From an uncultured Chloroflexia bacterium (GTDB taxonomy: Bacteria > Chloroflexota > Anaerolineae > B4-G1 > SLSP01), in NCBI GenBank assembly GCA_963751345.1, contig CAVVUS010000011.1:280068-320067 (forward strand): a stretch of DNA of 40,000 bases, in the 5' to 3' direction. Shown one piece after another: positions 33,101 to 40,000 of this stretch; position 1 is the first letter of the stretch, and each line of letters starts with the position of its first letter. The notes under the pieces are model-generated. The model saw only the letters and a list, made by a program, of their open reading frames with translations. It was not told where the DNA came from and ran no database searches. The position numbers and the translations under genes were made by a program.

Positions 33101-34630
33101 TCAGGCTTCGGCGTTGGCGCCGGCCCATTGGCTGATGCGGAAGATCACGAACTCGGCCGGCTTCACGGGAGCCATGCCAACCTCGATGATCAGTTGGCCC
33201 AGGTCCCGGATTTCCGGTGGGTTGAGCTCGTCATCGCACTTGACGTAGAAGGCTTCGTCCGGCGTGCTTCCGAAAAGCGCTCCGCTGAGCCATACGGTGC
33301 GGAGGAACGAGATGACGTCCCGGCGCACGCGTGCCCAAAGCATCCGGTCGTTCGGCTCGAAGACGACCCACTGCAGCCCGACGTCGATCGATGCCTCGGC
33401 CATGATGAAGAGCCGCCTGACGTTGATGTAACGCCAGGAGCCGTCGCTGCTCAGCGTACGACCGCCCCACACGCGGATGCCGCGGCCGGGGAAGGTTCGG
33501 ATGCAGTTCACGCCGATCGGGTTGAGGCTATCCTGTTCGCCCTTGCTGAGACGGAGCTCCAGGTCGATGGCCCCGCGGACGACCTCGTTCGCAGGTGCCT
33601 TGTGCACGCCGCGATCGGCGTCGGTGCGGTTGTAGATTCCTGCCATATGCCCGCTTGGCGGAAGGAGTTTGCTGGTGCTCCCGCCGCCGCTCAAGTCGGC
33701 CGCACGAATCCAGGGATAGTAGAGCGCCGCGTACGAGGTGTCGAAGTTGACGTACTCCCGCCATTCCTGAGCCTGCTGGGCGTTGAGGCCCGGCGGCGTG
33801 TCGAGAATGGCAAAACGGTACTTGAGCGCCTCGCAGTGGGCGATCATCGCCGTCTGCACCATCTTCACCCGCTCCCTGGCCGCGGCTGATCCATCGTATC
33901 CGGCCATCACGTCGGGCGCGACCAGGATGCGGACCTCATCGATGGCTTCGAGACCCGCGATCCCCGTGCGTTCGGCGGCATCGCCGGCGAAGTCGTCGAC
34001 GGTCAGCGGCGGGATGCCGCCCCCCGTCAGCTCATACGTGCCCTCGGTGGGTGTGGCGGTGGCGGTGCCCACGTCGGTGAGCTCGACGGTAGAGAAGGTG
34101 GCATCGCCGACGAAGTTCGCCTCACCCTTCTTCATCGTGAGACCGGCCTTCGTCTCATCGCCCACGGTCACGGAGAAGGTATCCTCCTCGCCGGCCTTGA
34201 TGGTCACGCTGAGATTGGACGGCCCCGTCGTCTTGGCGACGACCTTGAAAGCGTTACCGCGTCCCTTCGCCGGCACGGTCGCCGCTGCCGATTCGGCCTC
34301 GGCGCCGCCCTCCCTGAGCGCGCGGACGCTGACGACGTAGCAACTGCCGCCACCGTTGGTAAAGTAGCCATAGACGGCGTCAGGCAGATAGGCCCCGGCG
34401 ATGAAATCGCCGAAGATACTGACATACTGGGTCCAACTCGTCACAAGCGTGGGTTGGTTGAGCACCGACTGAATTGGCACGCGCTCACCCGTGGCGGGAT
34501 CCACCTGCTTCCTACTGGCTTCTGCCGTGATGCCCACAAAAGCCGTCATCGACGTGCCTGCGGCTTCAATGGGCTTTGTACCCCGATCGACCTCTTCGAT
34601 ATACACACCGGGAGATTTGTACTCAGGCAT
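33101..34630 (-). CDS. Contractile tail sheath protein (Afp2/Cis2-like)
   Basis: The MPEYKSPGVYIEEVD.. N-terminus and ..ALYYPWI.., ..GVNCIRTFPGRGIRVWGGRTL.. are hallmark phage tail sheath motifs. 509 aa; AAAGGAG lies upstream. Confidence 0.95.
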   Translation of the reverse strand: MPEYKSPGVYIEEVDRGTKPIEAAGTSMTAFVGITAEASRKQVDPATGERVPIQSVLNQPTLVTSWTQYVSIFGDFIAGAYLPDAVYGYFTNGGGSCYVVSVRALREGGAEAESAAATVPAKGRGNAFKVVAKTTGPSNLSVTIKAGEEDTFSVTVGDETKAGLTMKKGEANFVGDATFSTVELTDVGTATATPTEGTYELTGGGIPPLTVDDFAGDAAERTGIAGLEAIDEVRILVAPDVMAGYDGSAAARERVKMVQTAMIAHCEALKYRFAILDTPPGLNAQQAQEWREYVNFDTSYAALYYPWIRAADLSGGGSTSKLLPPSGHMAGIYNRTDADRGVHKAPANEVVRGAIDLELRLSKGEQDSLNPIGVNCIRTFPGRGIRVWGGRTLSSDGSWRYINVRRLFIMAEASIDVGLQWVVFEPNDRMLWARVRRDVISFLRTVWLSGALFGSTPDEAFYVKCDDELNPPEIRDLGQLIIEVGMAPVKPAEFVIFRISQWAGANAEA

Positions 34631-34682
34631 CGCTGTGACACTCCTTTCTTGGTGTAGCCCTCATGCTCTTAGGTTTCCCTGC

Positions 34683-35538
34683 TCAGACCTCAATGTCGTA
34701 GTCTCCGTCTTCGGCCGGAATCTCGATCTCTTTCTGTCGTGGTTTCTCCTCTGTGGCCCACGCAACCAACGTGTAGCGTCCGGGGGGCACACTTCCCAGG
34801 ACGAACCGTCCACGGTCATCGGTTGTTGCCATATAGCCGGTTCCCTTGATCGCCACCTCTACACCTGATTGCGGGGTCTTGTCCGTGCCGCTGCGCACGA
34901 CGCCTGCGATGAGTACCAGGTCGGTGCGTCTCGCATCGGGCACGAGCCCGATCTCGTAGGGCAGGTTCTGCGCCTGACCCAGGCGCAGAATCCGCGTGCG
35001 CACCAGCGGACCCGTGATGACCTCCCAGGGATCCAGGGCCAGCGTGACGACGTAGGGCACGCTGGGGCGCATCTCATTATCCAGGACGTTCCACAGGTCC
35101 GACGGATCGGTCAGCACGTCGTGCTGGGCCAGTTTGGCCTGGATGTCGAAGGGTGGATTCTGCAGCGCGCCGATCAGCCGGTCGGCGGGAAGGATGGGGA
35201 AGCGGAAGAGGGTCAGCATCAGTGCGCGTGAGCAGCCGGTGTTCGTCCTCCGGGTCGGCGGCCCAGGTCGACAGCATATAGGAGCAGTCGACCCGCATCG
35301 GCGAACGCTTGAGCTTTGCGAGCTCCTGCTGGCCTCCGTTGTTCAGCCGTTCCCACTGGTGCTGCCGCAGGACGTTGTTCTCGCGGACGTCGTAAAGGAA
35401 GACGTTGACCGTCGGCTTCGATAGGCGCGAGCTCCACTCGCGCGCGGGCTGGTCGAAGCTGATGTCGATCTCCCCGTTCTTCACCGGAAGCTCGGCGATC
35501 AAGAGCTGCCGTAGGGTCTCGTCCAAATCTGCTATCAT
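34683..35538 (-). CDS. DUF4255 tail terminator/cap protein (Afp16-like) with C-terminal carboxypeptidase-regulatory-like beta-sandwich; frameshifted in this assembly
   Basis: N-terminal part (ORF 35077..35538): MIADLDETLRQLLIAELPVKNGEIDISFDQP..VNVFLYDVRENN..MRVDCSYMLSTWAADPEDEHRLL. Continuation in the frame of ORF 34683..35219: ALMLTLFRFPILPADRL..LWNVLDNEMRPSVPYVVTLALDP.., then VVRSGTDKTPQSGVEVAIKGTGYMATTDDRGRFVLGSVPPGRYTL. The switch is near 35219-35235 (one extra nucleotide). Confidence 0.8.
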
Positions 35539-35555
35539 CAGGTCCTATCCAATTC

Positions 35556-37712
35556 CTAGCGTCTCTCCATCGACAAGCCCATTGACTGCGAGAGCACACT
35601 GCGCATCCCCTGTACCGTCGTGCGCATCTCCTGCAGCTCCTCCATGGTCTGTTGTACCACCGGATTCGCGGCGCCCTGCCCACCGTAGGCGCTGCCCGGC
35701 GTTCTCTGCGAGGTGATGAAGTAGATGCGTTGGGGAGAGGCGCGGTAGACGACCCCGCCCGTCCGCCCCCAATTGCCCAACTGGAAGTCCTGGTAAGGTT
35801 GATAATAGGTTACGCCGCCCTCGCGCGACCCCGTTTCCGCGTTACGCGTGCCCTCCACCGCGCCACGTGCTTCGGTCGCGTGCCGCCCCGCTTCCATCTC
35901 GGTCCGCCCCATCCCCATCGTGGTGTCGATCTGCACGACGAGGATGTCCACGTCGCCCAACAGGCCGGCGATGACCGTGTACCCCTGCCCGCCTCCCGGC
36001 CCTCCCGGGCGGTCGGCGGCCGCCCCGAGGTTGGTCAGCGTCGTGCGCAGGGAATCGCGTGCCTGCTGGTACTCCCTCAGTCGCTCCTCAAGCGTCTGCA
36101 TCGCGCTAAACAGGGCTGTCTGCGCCTGGCGCACGCCCGACACATTGGCGGTAATGGCGGCTTGCCGCGACTGTGCGTTCGCCTGGCTGATCTGGGACTC
36201 AATCTGGTTGGTCTGCTCCCGGTACCACTCCTGGCTAATCGCGGTCGCAATCGTGTCAGGGCTGAGCGCGCCCAGCGCTTGGCTGCCCAAGTTGGTCGCT
36301 GCTTCGCCGACGGCGCTGGTTGCGGCCTCTGTCGCCGCAGTGCCGAGTCCCGCCGCGCCGCCGAGGGCCGAGAGCACCTGCAGCCCCGTCGACAGGCGGC
36401 TCTGCATTGTGGAGACCTTCGCTTTGATCTGCCGCTGCTGCGCCGCCAAGTCGGGGTCCTCCTCCCTCGGTATGATGCCCGCGTTGAGGGTGCTCAGTGC
36501 GGAGTTCAGGCCGTGTACGGCTTGGCTCGCCTCACGCTGTGCGCGGGTGAAATTGTTCCCTGCCCCCATCAGCCTGTCATGGGCCTCCTGGGCTTGGGCG
36601 CGGATGACGGTGGCGTCTCCGCGCATGCCTGCGGCCGACTCCGCCGCGCTCCCCGCGCCGGTGGCCGCGCCGACGACCTCCTCGGCACGGAAAGACGCGC
36701 TCTCGTTGGGGGTTACGACGCCCATCGACTGCAGATGCAGCATCCGCCCCGAGACGCGGCCGAAGTCCAGTCGGAGCTGCTGGACCTGCTCCTGGAAAGT
36801 GCCCAGCGTCCGTCCCTGTTCTCCCACCGTCACGAGATAATCCGAGAGCTTCGCGATCGCCTCCTCGTTGGCGGAGATCTGATCCCCCGAGATCGTGCCC
36901 TGGCGTCCACCCTCCTGCATGTTGGGGCGGTATCCCTCGATCGTCGTCATCATACGCCGGGCGCCGCTCGCGTCCTGGACGTTATTGACCTGCATCACGG
37001 GCGGCGGCGCTGTCTGCAACTGCTCGCGCTGCTCCTGCTCCCCGGCGCTGGCCATCTCGTCCAGGTCCTCGGCGACATCGCGCTGGACGCTGGTGCGGCC
37101 TATGCCCGGTGTCCGGTTGCGAATACCCGCCATCGTTCCCATCGTCGCGGCTATCTCTGCCGCGTGTTCCTGCGAATTCCCAGCCGGCCCTACCGTCAGT
37201 TGGCTGCTCGGAACCGCGGACTGCTGCTGCACCACGTGGGCCAACTCGTGGCCGATCAGACGTTCGTCGGAGGCGCTAGCGTCGTGGCTGAGGAAAACGT
37301 CGCTGCCGAGGGTGAAGGCGCGGGCGCTGACGCGCCGGTTCAGTTCGTCGGCCTCGGAGTCGTCGTGAAGCCGCACGTCGCCCAACGGTGATCCGTAGGC
37401 GGCCTCCCACCTGTCCCGCTGCACGCCGTCCAGGGGGCGACCGCTGCCCAGGTTGCTGTAGATCTGGCTTGCCAGCCGGTTGCTGATAGCTCCCCCGGCC
37501 AATCCCACCTCGGCCTCGGGCCACGCCCCGTCCTCGCCGCCAAGCGCACGGGCGATGTGCTGGACGTGGGCGTTGCCGACCTGATGCTGTAGCTGACGCA
37601 GGGGAACGCCGGTGACGCCGTCCCCGAACCCCTGTGGGCCCTCCTGGGATGCCTGTCGGGTGCCGGTCGACGTCGCGTCGCGTTTCTCGTCTGTGTGTTC
37701 CTTGTCAGCCAT
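35556..37712 (-). CDS. DUF4157 (eCIS-associated HExxH) domain protein with a long helical C-terminal region; candidate cargo/effector
   Basis: ..LGSGRPLDGVQRDRWEAAYGSPLGDVRLHDDSEADELNRRVSARAFTLGSDVFL..LIGHELAHVVQQ is the DUF4157 pattern, including HELAH. ATG at 37712 follows GAGGAG. The ORF track start at 38093 overlaps the ATPase gene. Confidence 0.8.
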   Translation of the reverse strand: MADKEHTDEKRDATSTGTRQASQEGPQGFGDGVTGVPLRQLQHQVGNAHVQHIARALGGEDGAWPEAEVGLAGGAISNRLASQIYSNLGSGRPLDGVQRDRWEAAYGSPLGDVRLHDDSEADELNRRVSARAFTLGSDVFLSHDASASDERLIGHELAHVVQQQSAVPSSQLTVGPAGNSQEHAAEIAATMGTMAGIRNRTPGIGRTSVQRDVAEDLDEMASAGEQEQREQLQTAPPPVMQVNNVQDASGARRMMTTIEGYRPNMQEGGRQGTISGDQISANEEAIAKLSDYLVTVGEQGRTLGTFQEQVQQLRLDFGRVSGRMLHLQSMGVVTPNESASFRAEEVVGAATGAGSAAESAAGMRGDATVIRAQAQEAHDRLMGAGNNFTRAQREASQAVHGLNSALSTLNAGIIPREEDPDLAAQQRQIKAKVSTMQSRLSTGLQVLSALGGAAGLGTAATEAATSAVGEAATNLGSQALGALSPDTIATAISQEWYREQTNQIESQISQANAQSRQAAITANVSGVRQAQTALFSAMQTLEERLREYQQARDSLRTTLTNLGAAADRPGGPGGGQGYTVIAGLLGDVDILVVQIDTTMGMGRTEMEAGRHATEARGAVEGTRNAETGSREGGVTYYQPYQDFQLGNWGRTGGVVYRASPQRIYFITSQRTPGSAYGGQGAANPVVQQTMEELQEMRTTVQGMRSVLSQSMGLSMERR

Positions 37713-37800
37713 GTATCGGATCTCCTCTGATTCCAGACTCTTGGGGTTTTCCTCTCGGGAAGCGCTGTCTCGACGAGATAACCCCAAAGGTCTTTCCCGA

Positions 37801-40000
37801 CTATGGTTCCTCTCGATCGACGGCCAGATCCTCCTCGCGCACCAGGCGCCCCATCTTCTGCAGTTCGCGCCGGGTACCGTGGAGCAGATGCCCCATTGTG
37901 ACCGCCCCACCGTCTGCGGCGGCGAGGTACGCCGCGCTGACGATGACGTTGCGGATATTGCCCCCCGCCAGCCGGAACCGTTCCGCAAGAAAGCCGAAAT
38001 CGATCTCCTGGCTTCGCGGTACGTTCGGAGGGAAGAGCGTGGTCCAGATTCGCAAGCGATCCTCCGCTTCCGGGAAGGGGAAGGTGACGGCAAACTGCAG
38101 CCGCCGGGTGAAGGCCTCGTCCAGGTTGCCCCGCAGGTTCGTGGCCAGGATCGTCACGCCGTCGTAAGCCTCCATGCGTTGCAGGAGATAGCTGATCTCA
38201 ATATTGGCGTAGCGATCGTGGGAATCGCGCACTTCAGAGCGCTTGCCGAAGAGGGCGTCTGCCTCGTCAAAGAAGAGGATCGCGTTGCTCTGCTCTGCCT
38301 CCTGGAAGATGCGCTCGATGTTCTTTTCCGTCTCACCGATGTACTTGCTGACAATCGTCGACAGATCGATGCGATAGAGATCCAGCCCCAGCCCGCCCGC
38401 TATGATCTCCGCGGCCATGGTCTTGCCTGTGCCCGGCGGCCCCGAGAAGAGGACCGTCACGCCGCGGCTCGACGCCAGCTTGTCTCCGACGCCCCAGACG
38501 TCGAGCACTTGTGAGCGCCCGCGCACCGTATCGATGATCTCCTGCAGCAGCACCTTCTGATCCTCCGGCAGCACGATGTCGTCCCAACGATATCTTGGCG
38601 TGATCTTGTGGGCTAGAGTGGCGAGATGTGCATTCGAGTGCGCACGTGCGGCGGCGAAGAGAGCTTCTCGCGACAGCGCCACGCCCCGACGCACGGCCCG
38701 ATCCTTTGCCGTCGCCACCGCGTCGCGGATCTGGCCACTGGTCAGCATGAACTGGCCTGCCAGCGCGTCGACCGCACCAGCATCACCCTCGATGCCATCG
38801 TCCTCAATACCGTCGGGCCCGATGAAGTGCTGCCACAGCCGCAGGCGTTGCTCGTACGGCGGGACAGGGAAGGCCACCTCGATCACGATCCGCTGCTCCG
38901 GGGTCCCGCCCTCGGTGGGGGAGAACGCCGCTGCCCTGCCGCCCTTGGGTTGCCAGAGCGCCTTCCCGGCGACGATGGCTGGGCCAGGAAAGGCGTAGAG
39001 CTCACGCAGCAGCACCGGAGGTGTGTTACCCTCGACCAGACACGCGTCCCAGCCGGCCAACATCGGGAGAGCCTCCATCAGCCGGGCATCCCGCAGCGCC
39101 AGGCGGATCGCACGGCGGGCACCGATCGGTCCGCGCATATCGGAGCCATAGCCATCGCGGCCAAGAATGCCCGCAACGTCGAGCACCAGCAACGGGCGAT
39201 GGGTCGCCGCAGCCAGCAGGCGCGCCGCCACGTGCTGACCGTCGTGATCCTGCCCATGAAAGAGGTAGAGTGGGGCGGCAACGCCGGTCACGAGCTCTCC
39301 CGCGAGGGCAGCGTCGACGAGCGGATCTAGCCCGCTCGCGGGGTCGGGATCGAGAGTGATGTATCCTGCCAGGTCCGAGTGGGGCCGGTAACCACCCAGC
39401 AGCCACACCAACAGACCGTCATCTGCGGTCAAGACACGGGCCAGGAGCGGCACGGGACCGGCCTCCGCGGGTTGTCTGAGCTCAAGGAGATGGTTCCGAA
39501 AGAGCGGGGCATCGTCCTCAAAGTGGGCCAGCATGGCGAGCCGGCCGATCCCGCCTTCTGTCAACAGGTCCAGCACCATGTTCACCGTCGGTCGCTTCTT
39601 TGTGACGTCGTCCTGCAAGTAGCTGTAGATGCGCTCGTAGCGCAGATCAATCGAGGGTGCCAGGCAGATGAGCAGGACATCCAGCTCAAATTGGCTCAGG
39701 CCGAAAGCGGTGCGAAGGCGTTCCAGGGCCGGCGTGGTGCCTTGCTCGGGTCGCCCCGTCGAGAATGGCCTCCGCTTGGTGCTCGACCAGAGCGCTCTGC
39801 CGCTCCAGCGATGCCTCGATCTCTTCCGGCAGCGAGACCGTCTGCCCCCAGTTCGAGCTGAGAGGGCGAGCCAGCAGGGCTTCGGCCTCCTCGTCGGATA
39901 CGTACAGGCCACGGAAGGCGTCGTTGGGATCCTGGCCGGCCAACCTCCATCTCGCAACGGCCCGCTGCAGACGTGTGCGCACCCTCTGCAGCTCGACTTG
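37801..40000 (-). CDS. AAA+ ATPase (Afp15/Cis15-like), 5' end beyond the window, frameshifted at a G4 run in this assembly
   Basis: Walker A VLFSGPPGTGKTMAAE, Walker B ILFFDEADALFGKR, and ..TILATNL.. The N-terminal part is in the frame of ORF 39686..39982 (..WRLAGQDPNDAFRGLYVSDEEAEALLARP..AEAILDG), open to position 40000. It continues as RPEQGTTPALERLRTAFGLSQFELDVLLICLAPSID in the frame of ORF 37801..39957. The switch is at the C4 run 39754-39757 (+ strand). Confidence 0.85.
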   Translation of the reverse strand, partial: KSSCRGCAHVCSGPLRDGGWPARIPTTPSVACTYPTRRPKPCWLALSARTGGRRSRCRKRSRHRWSGRALWSSTKRRPFSTGRPEQGTTPALERLRTAFGLSQFELDVLLICLAPSIDLRYERIYSYLQDDVTKKRPTVNMVLDLLTEGGIGRLAMLAHFEDDAPLFRNHLLELRQPAEAGPVPLLARVLTADDGLLVWLLGGYRPHSDLAGYITLDPDPASGLDPLVDAALAGELVTGVAAPLYLFHGQDHDGQHVAARLLAAATHRPLLVLDVAGILGRDGYGSDMRGPIGARRAIRLALRDARLMEALPMLAGWDACLVEGNTPPVLLRELYAFPGPAIVAGKALWQPKGGRAAAFSPTEGGTPEQRIVIEVAFPVPPYEQRLRLWQHFIGPDGIEDDGIEGDAGAVDALAGQFMLTSGQIRDAVATAKDRAVRRGVALSREALFAAARAHSNAHLATLAHKITPRYRWDDIVLPEDQKVLLQEIIDTVRGRSQVLDVWGVGDKLASSRGVTVLFSGPPGTGKTMAAEIIAGGLGLDLYRIDLSTIVSKYIGETEKNIERIFQEAEQSNAILFFDEADALFGKRSEVRDSHDRYANIEISYLLQRMEAYDGVTILATNLRGNLDEAFTRRLQFAVTFPFPEAEDRLRIWTTLFPPNVPRSQEIDFGFLAERFRLAGGNIRNVIVSAAYLAAADGGAVTMGHLLHGTRRELQKMGRLVREEDLAVDREEP

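Noticed and set aside
35652-37391. 579-aa + strand ORF (and 35848..36840, 330 aa)
   Set aside because: They are antisense to the DUF4157 gene, which carries recognisable motifs and an SD-preceded start. The translation is low-complexity and Arg-rich.
37713-38093. N-terminal 127 codons of the ORF-track version of the DUF4157 gene
   Set aside because: They overlap the 3' end of the AAA+ ATPase gene in another frame. A strong SD plus ATG at 37712 precedes the real sequence (MADKEHTDEK..).
18893-40000. Annotation as a type VI secretion system or as a prophage tail module
   Set aside because: There are no TssB/C-type split sheath, TssJ/L/M, TssK or ClpV genes, and no capsid, portal, terminase, integrase or lysis genes. 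The DUF4255 cap, AAA+ ATPase, DUF4157 protein and LysM hub point to the eCIS/CIS lineage.
1-40000. CRISPR arrays, tRNA/rRNA genes, transposases, integrases
   Set aside because: I scanned intergenic regions (784-1001, 1191-1344, 4346-4453, 6101-6566, 10245-10322, 18794-18892 and the CIS spacers). I saw no repeat-spacer arrays, no tRNA-like cloverleaf/T-loop signatures and no transposase-like ORFs.

Overview
GC-rich bacterial chromosomal window. Gene content hints at Chloroflexota or Actinomycetota, but the taxon cannot be determined from this sequence. Left part (1-10.2 kb): a partial secreted Ig-like protein, a PspC-domain protein, zwf, a class II fumarase interrupted by a 58-nt insertion, an ABC-F ATPase with a hairpin-rich leader, and a phosphoketolase/acetate kinase pair. 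Middle (10.3-18.8 kb, + strand): a group 4 membrane-bound [NiFe]-hydrogenase operon with a complex-I-like membrane arm and a HycI-type maturation protease. Right half (18.9-40 kb, - strand, convergent with the hydrogenase operon): a complete phage-tail-like contractile injection system (eCIS/CIS). It encodes an AAA+ ATPase, a DUF4157 protein, a DUF4255 cap, a sheath, two tube paralogues, a chaperone-like gene, a tape-measure-like protein, a LysM hub, a VgrG spike, PAAR, gp25, baseplate J and a gpI-like wedge protein. No tail-fibre gene is present in the window. Instead the operon ends in a small FHA protein translationally coupled to baseplate J, followed by a giant transmembrane Hanks kinase-FHA-Ig-repeat protein. 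This resembles the T6SS threonine-phosphorylation module (PpkA/Fha1) wired into a CIS baseplate operon and is the most interesting candidate system here. Caveat: at least five conserved genes (fumC, hycI, tube-2, cap, ATPase) are frame-disrupted, and two breaks (tube-2, ATPase) lie in C/G runs. Assembly indels must be separated from real pseudogenisation or phase variation before functional claims are made.
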